From a virus, in the UHGV virus genome UHGV-1705587: a DNA stretch of 20,116 nucleotides; one strand, 5' to 3'. A model generated the notes under the pieces. That model was not told the DNA's origin and ran no database searches. It saw only the letters and a program-made list of their open reading frames with translations. A program made the translations under genes and the position numbers. Position 1 is the first letter of the stretch. Every line of letters begins with the position of its first letter. Positions 1-9,391 of this stretch are shown in pieces.

Positions 1-27
1 ACTGATGGAAAGACATCGGTTATTGCA

Positions 28-93
28 GAGACCATTCAATGAGTGGTCTCGACAATGGCTTATACCCTACACGGGATAACTTAACTGATATCC
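28..93 (+). promoter_or_regulatory. Two dyad-symmetric elements in the leader upstream of the terminase small subunit gene
   Basis: Perfect inverted repeat GAGACCA (28-34) / TGGTCTC (44-50) with 9-bp spacer; second inverted repeat GGGATA (73-78) / TATCCC (88-93) with 9-bp spacer. Region 1-119 has stops in all frames, so it is non-coding. Function (operator, activator site, packaging site) not determinable from sequence. Confidence 0.3.
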
Positions 94-119
94 CTTTTAA
101 CGGATAAACGGAGCCAACA

Positions 120-674
120 ATGGCAAAGCTCACAGACAAACAAGAGCTGTTTGCCCGTGAGTACCTGAAAGATTTAAACGCCACTCAGGCAGCTATCAGG
201 GCGGGTTACAGCGAGAAAACTGCTCGCGCCACTGGTAGCGAGAACCTGTCAAAACCTGACATAGCAGATCGCATTGCTGAGCTAAAGGCTGAACGCAATG
301 AAGAGGTAGGTATAGACGCTGCCTATGTATTGCGACGGCTGACTGAAATCGATCAGATGGACGTGCTTGACATTCTGCTTGCCAATGGCGAACTGAAGCC
401 GATTAAAGACTGGCCTAAGGTGTGGCGTACAACGCTATCAGGAATGGATGTCGTCGAGATGGCATCAGCAGATAGTGCTGCTCTCCTGAAGAAAATCAAA
501 TGGCCTGATAAGGTTAAAAACCTTGAGTTGCTCGGGCGTCATGTTTCTGTTCAGGCGTTTAAAGACAATGTCAAAAATGAAGTGACTGGTGCTGACGGAG
601 GACCAGTCAGAACAGAAATTACCAACTTAACGCCGGAGCAGGCTGCAGAAGCGTATAAAAAAATGATGGGCTAA
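120..674 (+). CDS. Phage terminase small subunit
   Basis: 184-aa ORF with GGAG 6-7 nt upstream of ATG. N-terminus [16 protein letters not shown]...[12 protein letters not shown]...[15 protein letters not shown] is the characteristic helix-turn-helix DNA-binding N-terminal region of small terminase subunits. Lies immediately upstream of the large subunit. Confidence 0.8.
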   Translation: MAKLTDKQELFAREYLKDLNATQAAIRAGYSEKTARATGSENLSKPDIADRIAELKAERNEEVGIDAAYVLRRLTEIDQMDVLDILLANGELKPIKDWPKVWRTTLSGMDVVEMASADSAALLKKIKWPDKVKNLELLGRHVSVQAFKDNVKNEVTGADGGPVRTEITNLTPEQAAEAYKKMMG

Positions 675-676
675 GT

Positions 677-2299
677 ATGCCGTTACCATTTCCCTTCGAT
701 TTTAAACATCCTGATTACCAGATGGTTTTTGAATGGCGGATGGAGCGCTTACAGCGCATTCGCCAGAACCCTGAAATGCTGCCAGCGCTAAAGCAGTTTT
801 ATCGCACCAACCCGGCACAGTTCATCATCGACTGGGGTATGACTACTGACCCGCGTAACATCGATTATGGCCTGCCGGTCACCATCCCTTTTCTGCTGTT
901 CCCGAAACAGGAAGAGTGGATTCACTGGATCATGGAGCGGCGCGAACGGCTGGAGAACGGCATCACCGAAAAGAGCCGCGAAATGGGGCTCAGCTGGACG
1001 GCGATCGGGCTGGCCTGTTCGCTCTGCCTCTTCAACAAAGAAATGGTCATCGGCTTCGGCTCCCGTAAAGAGGAATACGTCGACAGCACCGGTGACCCGA
1101 AGGCGCTGTTCTGGAAGGCGCGCAAGTTCGTGGAAACGCTGCCCGTCGAGTTTCGCGGTTCGTGGGACGAGAAGAAGCACGCGCCGTACATGCGCGTTGA
1201 GTTTCCAGATACTGGCGCGGTTATCAAAGGCGAGGCTGGCGACAATATCGGACGTGGTGACCGTACCACGCTCTACCTGGTGGATGAAGCTGCATTCCTC
1301 CAGCGTCCTCTGTTGATTGATGCGGCGCTGTCGCAAACCACCCGTTGCCGTATTGACCTGAGCTCGGTTAATGGCATGGCGAACCCGTTCGCGCAGAAGC
1401 GTCACGGCGGGAAGATACCGGTATTCACATTCCACTGGCGGGATGATCCTCGCAAGGATGAAGAGTGGTATCGCAGGGAGTGCGAGAAAATCGACAATCC
1501 GGTGGTGGTGGCGCAGGAACTTGACCTGAACTACAGCGCATCTGCGGAAGGCGTCCTGATCCCGTCCGACTGGGTACAGGCTGCCGTCGACGCGCATATT
1601 AAGCTGGGCATCCAGCCAACGGGCAAACGCCTGGGCGCGATGGACGTCGCCGACGAAGGCCGGGACAAAAACGCCTTTTCGACCCGTCACGGCTTCCTCC
1701 TGGAGAACGTGCGTGAATGGTCCGGCGTTGGCAGCGACATTTACCAGTCTGTTGAGAAGGTCTTCGGCTTTTGCGAACAGGACAACCTCGAAGAGTTTCG
1801 CTTCGACGAGGACGGCCTGGGTGCTGGCGTTCGCGGCGATGCGCGCGCCATCAACGAACTGCGTTACGCAGCGCGCCGACCGTCAATACTCGCCACACCG
1901 TTTCGTGGTAGCGGCGCGGTATTTGATCCGGACGATGAAGCGGTGCGCGGGGACAACGGACAGGCCGCACGCCTGAACAAGGACTTCTTCGCCAACGCCA
2001 AGGCCCAGAGCTGGTGGTGGCTACGCAAGCTTTTCCAGAACACCTATCGCGCCGTGGTTGAGGGCATGGCCTACAACCCGGACGAAATCATCTCAATCAG
2101 CAGCGCCATGGCGAGCAAAGACAAACTCATCATTGAGCTGTCGCAGCCGACCTACTCCATTAATGGCGTGGGGAAAATCGTTGTTGATAAACAGCCTGAT
2201 GGCACCAAGTCGCCGAACCTCTCCGACTCGGTGATGATCAGCTACGCGCCAATGAATTCAGCCCTGAACATCTGGGAGCTGCTAGGGAGACAGGCCTGA
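677..2299 (+). CDS. Phage terminase large subunit (ATPase/nuclease)
   Basis: 540-aa ORF. Deviant Walker A of terminase type ([13 protein letters not shown], a K-S-R-x-x-G-x-S pattern) and Walker B-like LYLVDEAAF. Sits between the small terminase and portal genes; stop overlaps the portal start (TGATG). Confidence 0.8.
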   Translation: MPLPFPFDFKHPDYQMVFEWRMERLQRIRQNPEMLPALKQFYRTNPAQFIIDWGMTTDPRNIDYGLPVTIPFLLFPKQEEWIHWIMERRERLENGITEKSREMGLSWTAIGLACSLCLFNKEMVIGFGSRKEEYVDSTGDPKALFWKARKFVETLPVEFRGSWDEKKHAPYMRVEFPDTGAVIKGEAGDNIGRGDRTTLYLVDEAAFLQRPLLIDAALSQTTRCRIDLSSVNGMANPFAQKRHGGKIPVFTFHWRDDPRKDEEWYRRECEKIDNPVVVAQELDLNYSASAEGVLIPSDWVQAAVDAHIKLGIQPTGKRLGAMDVADEGRDKNAFSTRHGFLLENVREWSGVGSDIYQSVEKVFGFCEQDNLEEFRFDEDGLGAGVRGDARAINELRYAARRPSILATPFRGSGAVFDPDDEAVRGDNGQAARLNKDFFANAKAQSWWWLRKLFQNTYRAVVEGMAYNPDEIISISSAMASKDKLIIELSQPTYSINGVGKIVVDKQPDGTKSPNLSDSVMISYAPMNSALNIWELLGRQA

Positions 2300-3768
2300 T
2301 GGCACGAAACAAGCAATCCTCTCAGCGAACGGCACAGGCCACCGCTGACGGCTACGAGAACTTCGTCGCCCGCGTTGGGATGCAGACGCCTAACCAGCAT
2401 TCAGCATCGACCTACCGGGCGAACTTCACCAGCCGCAACCGCATGCTGGTGGAATGGTCATATCGCGGTTCGTGGGTTATCGGTGAAGCGGTCGACGCTA
2501 TCCCGGACGATATGACCCGAAAGGGCATTCGCATCACTTCGGAGATTGACGCCAAAGACCGTGGCACCCTCGAAGCGCAACTGGATGAGTTGCAGATCTG
2601 GGATGCGCTGAACGACGTGCTGAAATGGTCGCGTCTCTACGGCGGCGCGGTCGGCTTCATCATGATCGAGGGGCAAGCACCAATGACCCCGCTGCGACTC
2701 GAAACCATTGGCGAGGGCAAGTTTAAGGGCATTCTCCCGCTCGACCGCTGGATGATTAACCCGGTGCTGACACGCCGCATTAAAGAGATGGGGCCGGACC
2801 TCGGCAAGCCTGAGTTTTACGACGTGGTGACCACCGCAACGGGCATTCCGGCCTGGCGCATCCATCACAGCCGCCTGATCCGCTTTGATGGCGTCACGCT
2901 GCCATTCCAGCAGAAGATGACCGAAAACGAATGGGGAATGTCGGTTGTAGAGCGTATCTGGGATCGGCTTACTGCGTTCGATAGCGCCACTGTCGGCGCG
3001 GCGCAGCTGGTCTATAAAGCGCATCTGCGTACCTATAGCGTGGAGAAGTTGCGCGAGCTTATCGCGCTTGGAGGCCCGGCGTTCGAAGCGTTGCTGAAGA
3101 ACATCGACCTGATCCGCCAGTTCCAGAGCAATGAAGGTATGACGCTCATGGACTCGCGGGATAAGTTCGAAACCCACCAGTACAGCTTTAGTGGTCTGGA
3201 TGACATTCTTTCGCAGTTTGCTGAGCAGATCAGCGGTGCCGTTGGTATCCCGCTGGTACGCCTGTTCGGTCAATCCCCGAAAGGCTTCTCTACTGGTGAT
3301 GCAGACCTCGCCAACTATTACGACCGGGTGAGCTCATTGCAGGAGCGCCGCTTACGGCTGCCGATGCGCCGGATACTGGACATTATGCACCGCTCGGAAC
3401 TCGGAAAGCCGCTGCCGGACGATTTCACGTTTGAGTTTAACCCGCTATGGCAAATGTCAGACGTTGACCGATCAACGGTGGCCGTAAACACCACCAACGC
3501 GATCAGTACCGCGCTGGGCGACGGATTGATGACGCGTAAGGCGGCGATGACCGACCTGCGCGAAAACTCTGACGTCACCGGCATCGGGGCATCCATTACC
3601 GACGAGGATATCGAGAATGCCGAAGACGAAGCGCCGCCAGGCATCGGCGAACTTGGCGACAAACCGCCAGAGCCGCCAGGCGGAGATCCGATATCGAACG
3701 AGCCTACGGCAGATAGCGCGGGCGGTCGGGGATATCGTAAATGGTCGCTACGATGGTTCAAACGATAG
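2299..3768 (+). CDS. Phage portal protein
   Basis: 489-aa ORF immediately after the terminase large subunit with start/stop overlap; size and position typical of a portal. The C-terminal roughly 50 codons overlap the next ORF in another frame, so the true C-terminus is uncertain. Confidence 0.7.
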   Translation: MARNKQSSQRTAQATADGYENFVARVGMQTPNQHSASTYRANFTSRNRMLVEWSYRGSWVIGEAVDAIPDDMTRKGIRITSEIDAKDRGTLEAQLDELQIWDALNDVLKWSRLYGGAVGFIMIEGQAPMTPLRLETIGEGKFKGILPLDRWMINPVLTRRIKEMGPDLGKPEFYDVVTTATGIPAWRIHHSRLIRFDGVTLPFQQKMTENEWGMSVVERIWDRLTAFDSATVGAAQLVYKAHLRTYSVEKLRELIALGGPAFEALLKNIDLIRQFQSNEGMTLMDSRDKFETHQYSFSGLDDILSQFAEQISGAVGIPLVRLFGQSPKGFSTGDADLANYYDRVSSLQERRLRLPMRRILDIMHRSELGKPLPDDFTFEFNPLWQMSDVDRSTVAVNTTNAISTALGDGLMTRKAAMTDLRENSDVTGIGASITDEDIENAEDEAPPGIGELGDKPPEPPGGDPISNEPTADSAGGRGYRKWSLRWFKR

Positions 3769-4390
3769 CGTCACCGAAATAATGGATGCGCTGGAGCGCT
3801 ACAGCGAAATCATCACCCCCTGGGCGACGAAGGTTGCTGAGAACTTCACCGCAGACATAGCGCGCCAGAATGAAAAGCAGTGGCGTCAGCACAGCCGGAA
3901 CATCAGCGCAGAGCTGCGCAACATGGTTGACCGCGCCCCGGTAGGCCAGGTGATGAAATCCATCGTTGACGAGCAAATTAAGTACATTAAATCGCTGCCT
4001 CTTGAGGCCGCCGATCGGGTGTATGACATTCAGAACAAAGCCATCGAGGCTGTTGTGACTGGTGGCCGCGCTGAGCCATTCGCGAAAGAGATAGCTGCTT
4101 CCGGTGACGTGTCACGCTCACGAGCGAACCTTATCGCCCGGACTGAGCTTGGGCGCGCAACCGGTGCACTGGATCAGGCGCGTGCGCTGTCAATCGGCTC
4201 GAATGGTTATATCTGGCGTACAGCCGAAGATGGCGACGTCCGGCATTCTCATCGAGAGATGGAAGGGAAGTTTGTCGAATGGGGCCGACCTCCAACGCTT
4301 GACGGCATGACCGGTCACGCTGGCGAGCTCCCGAACTGCCGCTGTTACAAAGAAATCGTCTTCCCCAACCCTCATTCTTATCTCGCCTGA
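3617..4390 (+). CDS. Head morphogenesis protein, phage Mu gpF / SPP1 gp7 family
   Basis: C-terminal region YIWRTAEDGDVRHSHREMEGKFVEWGRPP...GELPNCRCY matches the conserved core of Mu F-like minor head proteins (W-T-D-RVR-SH ... NCRC). The longest-ORF start at 3617 overlaps the portal by 152 nt; an alternative ATG at 3782 lies 14 nt past the portal stop. Start uncertain. Confidence 0.7.
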   Translation: MPKTKRRQASANLATNRQSRQAEIRYRTSLRQIARAVGDIVNGRYDGSNDSVTEIMDALERYSEIITPWATKVAENFTADIARQNEKQWRQHSRNISAELRNMVDRAPVGQVMKSIVDEQIKYIKSLPLEAADRVYDIQNKAIEAVVTGGRAEPFAKEIAASGDVSRSRANLIARTELGRATGALDQARALSIGSNGYIWRTAEDGDVRHSHREMEGKFVEWGRPPTLDGMTGHAGELPNCRCYKEIVFPNPHSYLA

Positions 4391-4404
4391 ATCGCAGGTA
4401 AACC

Positions 4405-5637
4405 ATGAAATATTTTTTCAATACCCGGCTGGGGGAAACCCGTTATCAGCTGGCTGACGGCTCGCTGCTGTGCAAAGACGTGCCGATAGGACGAACAGGT
4501 AAGCAGCTCTATGGTGCTGATGACCTGCCAAAACTGAAACCCGATAAGTTCGGTGAAATAGTCGTAACGCGCTCTCCTGAGCAGGTATTCCATCCGGCCA
4601 CGCTCGCCTCATTCGAAGGGATGAGCATCACGATCCTGCATCCTGAAGATGAAAACGGAAATGTGCGGCTGGTCAACCCCGAGAACTGGAAAGAGCTTGC
4701 GGTCGGGCATCTTCAGAATGTCCGGCGCGGGACGGGTGTGCAGTCTGATTTGATGCTGGCTGACCTTATCGTCAAAGACGAAAACGCCATTCAGCTGATC
4801 GAAGATGGCCTGCGCGAAGTGTCGTGTGGCTATGACGCGGAATATAAGCAGACTGAGCCGGGTAAGGCTGAGCAGGTTGATATTACCGGAAACCATGTGG
4901 CTCTTGTCCCTAAAGGCAGAGCCGGAAATCGTTGTGCAATTGGAGACAGAGACACAATGGCAAATCAAAAGAAAAGCTGGTGGACCCGCATGCGCACGGC
5001 CATCAAAACGGGTGACGCTGACACCATGAACGAACTGCTGGACTCTGCGCCAGCGGCGGTAACGGGTGACGAAGGGGATCTGCCGAGCGGCGTTAACCTC
5101 AACATTAACCTTTCACCGCAGCAACCATTGCCGGACAAAAAGCCGGAAATGGGCGGAGAGCCAACCGGCGACGGCGAGGACGATATCAAAACCTTGCTCA
5201 AAGCCCTGCTGGCTAAGCTCGAAGGAACTGCGACGGGCGATAACGACAATAAGCCTGACGGCAAAGATAACAAAGACCCTACCTGCGACGGTGAGGACGA
5301 CGAAGAGGAAACCACGATTACCGGTGACGCTGCTTATCGTGCCGAAGTTATCGTTCCGGGTATCGATCTGAGCCGTAAGGTGAAACCGACCGCGTTCAAA
5401 CGTGATGTGCTGTCCGCCGCTGACAAAACACTGGTTCGCCAGGTTGTCGGTGATGCAGATATCCGCAAATTGCCCAAGCAATCGGTCGATATGGCGTTTA
5501 ACGCCGTGTCTGAGATTGCCAAAGGGCGAAACACCCGCAGCACCACGGGCGATGCACAACGTCCAAATATGGGCATGACCAGCATCGCTTCCCTGAACAA
5601 ACAAAACGCCGACTTCTGGTCTAACCGCAAAGGATAA
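4405..5637 (+). CDS. Putative head scaffolding / prohead protease-like protein (DUF2213-like by position and composition)
   Basis: 410-aa ORF between the morphogenesis and capsid genes. Contains a long acidic low-complexity segment (GDGEDDIKTLLKALLAKLEGTATGDNDNKPDGKDNKDPTCDGEDDEEETT) typical of scaffolding proteins. Family name is from memory of similar gene clusters, not a search. Confidence 0.5.
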   Translation: MKYFFNTRLGETRYQLADGSLLCKDVPIGRTGKQLYGADDLPKLKPDKFGEIVVTRSPEQVFHPATLASFEGMSITILHPEDENGNVRLVNPENWKELAVGHLQNVRRGTGVQSDLMLADLIVKDENAIQLIEDGLREVSCGYDAEYKQTEPGKAEQVDITGNHVALVPKGRAGNRCAIGDRDTMANQKKSWWTRMRTAIKTGDADTMNELLDSAPAAVTGDEGDLPSGVNLNINLSPQQPLPDKKPEMGGEPTGDGEDDIKTLLKALLAKLEGTATGDNDNKPDGKDNKDPTCDGEDDEEETTITGDAAYRAEVIVPGIDLSRKVKPTAFKRDVLSAADKTLVRQVVGDADIRKLPKQSVDMAFNAVSEIAKGRNTRSTTGDAQRPNMGMTSIASLNKQNADFWSNRKG

Positions 5638-5641
5638 TCCA

Positions 5642-6145
5642 ATGACTGCATATCTGTACCGGATGCCTGTTGGCATTGCCGGGGCTATCTCTCGCCCGCA
5701 GGACTTAACCGTCGAACCGGTGATCCTTAAATCCGCTAACGCCTTCGCTGCCTATGGTCTGGCTGGCAAATACGACGCTGACGGCTTTTTCGTGCCGCTG
5801 GCGGACGGTGACACCGCCGACAAGGTGAAGGGGATCTACGTTCGTCCGTATCCGACCACATCACAGCCAGACATGGTTCGCCAGGTGGGGACGGATAAGA
5901 ACTTCCCGGGTGACGCCATGAAGCGTGGCTACATGACCGTTAATCTCGGTTCTGATTTTGATGCCAGCACCATCAAAAAAGGCGACCCGGTATACGTTGT
6001 CGTCTCCACTGATGAATCCATCAAAGTGCCGCTGGGCGGCTTCATGTCCACGTCCGTCAGTGGCAAAAACGTGGCGCTGACCAACGCCGAATTCACAGGG
6101 GCCGGTGACGCTAACGGCAATGCAGAAATCTCCTGGAAGATTTAA
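5642..6145 (+). CDS. Hypothetical head protein (possible decoration/cement protein)
   Basis: 167-aa ORF with AGGA RBS, immediately upstream of the major capsid gene. No recognisable motif; called on position and coding quality only. Confidence 0.45.
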   Translation: MTAYLYRMPVGIAGAISRPQDLTVEPVILKSANAFAAYGLAGKYDADGFFVPLADGDTADKVKGIYVRPYPTTSQPDMVRQVGTDKNFPGDAMKRGYMTVNLGSDFDASTIKKGDPVYVVVSTDESIKVPLGGFMSTSVSGKNVALTNAEFTGAGDANGNAEISWKI

Positions 6146-6156
6146 GGAACAGACGA

Positions 6157-7098
6157 ATGATTACTTTTGATCAGGCAACCGTTGATAGCTCTGGTGCCTT
6201 TCTCATCGGGGAGCTGGAGCGACTCGACCAGACGCTGAACCTGCCGCTGGTGGGTTACACCTGGACCCGCGATATTCAGCTGCGTGAAGACGTTTCTATC
6301 GCAGATGACATTTCCAGCTGGACTAACACCAGTTTTGGCGCTGCTGGTACTGGCGCAAATCCGAATGGTAAAAACTGGGTAGGCAAAGACTCCACCGCTA
6401 TTGCTGGCGTGAACGTGGATATCAGCAAAGACGGCAATCCACTGAACCTCTGGGGTATGGAACTGGGCTGGACCGTTGTAGAGCTGGCAGCAGCTCAGCA
6501 GGTAGGTCGCCCGATTGATACCCAGAAGTACGACGGGATGCAGCTCAAATGGCAGATGGATAACGACGAGCAGGTTTACATTGGCGATGATGCGCTCGGC
6601 CTGAAAGGGCTGGCAAACCTTGTCGGTGTGACGCTGAACAATGCGCCGAAGACCTGGGCGAACTCAACCAACGACGAGATCCTCGATAGCGTGAACAGCA
6701 TTCTGTCTAATGCCTGGGCAGCATCCGGTTATTCCATCGTGCCTTCTGATCTGCGCATTCCGCCAGAGCAGTATTCACTGCTGGCGAGCCGTAAGGTTTC
6801 CGAAGCGGGTAACCAGTCACTGCTGACCTATCTGGCTGTGAACACTATCGCTTTCCACCAGAACGGCGTTCCGCTTGAAATCAAAGCGGTCAAATGGCTG
6901 AAAGGGCGTGGGGTTGGCGGTAAAGACCGTATGATCGCCTACACCAACGACAAGAAATACGTGCGCTATCCGCTGGTGCCGTTGCAGAGCGTTCCTGTCC
7001 AGTATCGCGGTCTGTACCAGATTGCGACCTACTACGGCAAGCTCGGTGCGGTTGAGCCAGTGTACAAAGAAACCCTGTCCTACGTGGACGGTATCTGA
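6157..7098 (+). CDS. Major capsid protein
   Basis: 313-aa ORF with AGGAA RBS, located after the scaffold-like gene and followed by tandem stops (TGATAA) and a GC stem with GAAA tetraloop (7111-7122). Position and size fit a major capsid protein of the DUF2184-type head module; assignment is by synteny and recollection. Confidence 0.6.
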   Translation: MITFDQATVDSSGAFLIGELERLDQTLNLPLVGYTWTRDIQLREDVSIADDISSWTNTSFGAAGTGANPNGKNWVGKDSTAIAGVNVDISKDGNPLNLWGMELGWTVVELAAAQQVGRPIDTQKYDGMQLKWQMDNDEQVYIGDDALGLKGLANLVGVTLNNAPKTWANSTNDEILDSVNSILSNAWAASGYSIVPSDLRIPPEQYSLLASRKVSEAGNQSLLTYLAVNTIAFHQNGVPLEIKAVKWLKGRGVGGKDRMIAYTNDKKYVRYPLVPLQSVPVQYRGLYQIATYYGKLGAVEPVYKETLSYVDGI

Positions 7099-7139
7099 TA
7101 ACCAGAACGACCCCGAAAGGGGCCAGAAGGAAACTGAAA

Positions 7140-7550
7140 ATGGCGAAAGAAAAGCTGGTTACCATCCATGTTCACACCCCGTTTACGCTGACGCTCGGCG
7201 ATCAGTCAAAAAGGGAGTTTGGCCGGGGACGGCATAACGTACCGGAAGAGGTCGCGTTGCACTGGTTCACCCAGGCGCACTCTGAGCTTTCCGAAAGCGT
7301 GATTAGCGACACCGATGATCTGCAACCCATTATCGACAGCCTGCAAGCGCAGATTGCCGACAAAGATAAGCAGATTGCCGACAAAGATAAGCAGATTGTC
7401 GATAAAGATCAGCTGATTGCCGATCTGAAAGAAGCGCTGCTCAAGCTGCAAGAGCAGAACGACAGCCTGCAAGCGCAGATTGCTGCCGCCCAGACTGGCG
7501 GTAATGGGGCGAAAGATGCCAAAGAATCAAAGCCTGCCAACAGTAAGTGA
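7140..7550 (+). CDS. Coiled-coil protein with tandem heptad repeats (possible capsid or neck accessory protein)
   Basis: 136-aa ORF with AGGAA RBS. Central region encodes [28 protein letters not shown] from four 21-nt tandem repeats, flanked by two copies of DSLQAQIA. Lysine-rich C-terminus. Confidence 0.55.
   Translation: MAKEKLVTIHVHTPFTLTLGDQSKREFGRGRHNVPEEVALHWFTQAHSELSESVISDTDDLQPIIDSLQAQIADKDKQIADKDKQIVDKDQLIADLKEALLKLQEQNDSLQAQIAAAQTGGNGAKDAKESKPANSK
7350..7433 (+). repeat. Tandem 21-bp repeat, about 4 copies with the last two degenerate, flanked by a 23-bp direct repeat at 7335-7357 and 7461-7483
   Basis: cagattgccgacaaagataag occurs at 7350-7370 and 7371-7391, then cagattgtcgataaagatcag (7392-7412) and ctgattgccgatctgaaagaa (7413-7433). 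gacagcctgcaagcgcagattgc occurs identically at 7335-7357 and 7461-7483. Confidence 0.85.
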
Positions 7551-7923
7551 TTTTCGCCGCGACTTCCCGCAGTTTGCTGACCCTGCCAAATATCCCGAAG
7601 CGCAAATCGAGTTTCGTCTGAATCTGGCCGATGTGCTGCTAAGCGAAAAGGTCACCGGCAAAAAGTTGTTTCCGTATTTTGCCGAGTTGTTCGTTGCGCA
7701 CTACATGACGCTTTGGGCGGCAGATAGCCGGGCGATGCTGGTTGGCGGCCCGGGCGGTTCAACCAATGGTGTTCAGTCCTCTAAGTCCGTTGACAAGGTA
7801 AGCGTCAGCTATGACACCAGCGCGACGCTAAACCCTGACGCAGGCTTCTGGAATAACACCCGATATGGCGCTGAATTTTATCAGCTGATCACGATGTTCG
7901 GTGCAGGCGGTCGCCAGCTATGA
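7516..7923 (+). CDS. Hypothetical head-tail connector / head completion protein
   Basis: ORF open from 7480; ATG at 7516 (or 7504) is the more likely start, overlapping the upstream gene end. Position just after the capsid module. Family (possibly DUF4054-like) is a guess from synteny. Confidence 0.45.
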   Translation: MPKNQSLPTVSDFRRDFPQFADPAKYPEAQIEFRLNLADVLLSEKVTGKKLFPYFAELFVAHYMTLWAADSRAMLVGGPGGSTNGVQSSKSVDKVSVSYDTSATLNPDAGFWNNTRYGAEFYQLITMFGAGGRQL

Positions 7924-8474
7924 GTTTCAAAAGCGGTGTAACAACGAGGGTGGATAACGCTAAGGCCATTCTGGATGCGCTCAGGTCGTTAACCAAAAAA
8001 GATGTGCTGGTCGGCATCCCGGAAGAAGACAGCGAGCGTGAGGATGTTCCGTTTGGTAATGCCGGGATCGGTTACGTCAACGAATACGGCTCACCAGCGC
8101 AAAACATACCCCCACGCCCGCACCTGATCCCCGGCGTTAAATCCGTAGAGGAACAGACGGTGCCGCAGCTCAAAGCAGCGGCGCAGGCTGCGCTTGATGG
8201 AAATGCGGCGGGTGCGGAAAGAGCGCTTAACCGCGCCGGAACGCTGGCCGCGAATGGCGTCAGGCGTTACATGACCATTACCGGCTTTACACCGCTTGCT
8301 GATAGCACCGTTGAAGCACGCGCACGCCGTGGGCGCAAAGGGGCAAAAGAGGAACTTGCGCGGCGCGCTGCTGGCGAGTCTCCCGGAACCGACCTGGTGA
8401 AACCGCTAATTGACACCGGGCAATATCGCAGAGCCATTACCCATGTTGTGAGGGATAAAGATGCCGACTCTTGA
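7920..8474 (+). CDS. Hypothetical neck / head-tail joining protein
   Basis: 184-aa ORF; ATG overlaps the upstream stop (ATGA). Basic Arg-rich C-terminal region. Placed between head and tail modules. Confidence 0.45.
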   Translation: MSFKSGVTTRVDNAKAILDALRSLTKKDVLVGIPEEDSEREDVPFGNAGIGYVNEYGSPAQNIPPRPHLIPGVKSVEEQTVPQLKAAAQAALDGNAAGAERALNRAGTLAANGVRRYMTITGFTPLADSTVEARARRGRKGAKEELARRAAGESPGTDLVKPLIDTGQYRRAITHVVRDKDADS

Positions 8475-8850
8475 TGTGACGGACGTACTTTTTGACCCCG
8501 ATTTTTGCGACTTCAATTTGTGGGTAACACGCCGAGTGCAAACGGTGGATGAGGACGGGATCGGCAGCGACAGTGAAGTTAAAAAGCAGTTTGCCGGGGA
8601 TGTTACTGTTGACCGCTCCCTGGAAAACCGACGTATGCAGTCCGGCCAGGTTATCAGTGGCGCGATTCTCATCGTGACAACTGAGCGGCTGACGCAGGGG
8701 CAGACTGGCCGTGACGCCGATATTGTGACGTACCAGAACCGTGATTATCGTGTGACATTCGTTGACCCGTACACGGCTTACGGTGCTGGCTTCGTCCAGG
8801 CTCATTGTGAATTACTGCCGTTTGATGGGGGAACTCCCATTGAGCAATAA
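8461..8850 (+). CDS. Hypothetical neck / tail completion protein
   Basis: 129-aa ORF overlapping the upstream gene by 14 nt; coding-like composition; position between head and tail-sheath genes. Confidence 0.45.
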   Translation: MPTLDVTDVLFDPDFCDFNLWVTRRVQTVDEDGIGSDSEVKKQFAGDVTVDRSLENRRMQSGQVISGAILIVTTERLTQGQTGRDADIVTYQNRDYRVTFVDPYTAYGAGFVQAHCELLPFDGGTPIEQ

Positions 8851-9388
8851 CACCAGCACAGAGCGCGGCTGGCTGACACCCACCAGCGGCGATCCGGCTT
8901 ATGACGAAGCGCTCGACAGGCTGCTAAGCCAGTGGATGCGCAATGTTTCCGGCTTGCCGTCTGGAATGGTTCGTCCGCGCTGGCAGAAAAATCAGCCGCC
9001 ACTGCCACCCGTTGAAACGAACTGGTGCGCGTTTGGCGTTACCGGGTTGCTCATTGATAACAACCCTGCATTCACCAATCAGAACGACGAGGGCGCTCAG
9101 CTCTGGCGGCATGAAACGTTCGAGTGCATGGCGTCGTTCTATGGCCCGGCTGGTATGTCTTATGCGTCCCGTTTTCGCGATGGCATATCTGTCCCGCAAA
9201 ACAATGCTGAGCTGAACGCGCTTGGTTTGTCTCTGGGCGACTATACCGGTCTGACCCCTTTCCCCGAACTTATCAACCAGCAATGGGTTCGCCGCTACGA
9301 CATGACGGTGCGCCTGCGCCGGAAGGTCGTGCGCGAGTACGGCATTAAATCGCTGGTGGAAGCGCCAGTCACCTTTTTTGGAGAATAA
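8825..9388 (+). CDS. Hypothetical tail completion / sheath terminator-like protein
   Basis: ORF open from 8762. Likely start is ATG 8825 or TTG 8840 (GGGGGA upstream), overlapping the previous gene end. Immediately precedes the tail sheath gene. Confidence 0.45.
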   Translation: MGELPLSNNTSTERGWLTPTSGDPAYDEALDRLLSQWMRNVSGLPSGMVRPRWQKNQPPLPPVETNWCAFGVTGLLIDNNPAFTNQNDEGAQLWRHETFECMASFYGPAGMSYASRFRDGISVPQNNAELNALGLSLGDYTGLTPFPELINQQWVRRYDMTVRLRRKVVREYGIKSLVEAPVTFFGE

Positions 9389-9391
9389 ACT

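Noticed and set aside
788-1690. 300-aa ORF on the minus strand (plus nested ORFs 867-1316 +, 922-1269 -, 1713-1976 +)
   Set aside because: Lies entirely antisense to or out of frame within the terminase large subunit gene, which has clear Walker motifs. Long antisense ORFs are expected in GC-rich coding DNA; no RBS or motif support.
2458-3273. 271-aa minus-strand ORF
   Set aside because: Antisense to the portal gene within a tightly coupled + strand operon; Arg/Leu-rich composition typical of antisense translation of GC-rich genes.
3318-3761. 147-aa minus-strand ORF rich in Ser/Pro/Gly
   Set aside because: Antisense to the portal / Mu F-like overlap region; low-complexity composition consistent with a spurious frame.
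4609-5676. Several minus-strand and alternative-frame + ORFs (4609-4968 -, 4965-5315 -, 5113-5676 -, 5334-5651 -, 4805-5029 +, 5066-5371 +)
   Set aside because: All nested within the scaffold-like gene, whose own frame has the plausible protein sequence and RBS; they mutually overlap and lack start context.
8406-9008. Minus-strand ORFs 8406-8672, 8437-8805, 8802-9008 and + ORF 8943-9215
   Set aside because: Overlap the contiguous + strand neck/tail-completion genes in other frames; no independent support.
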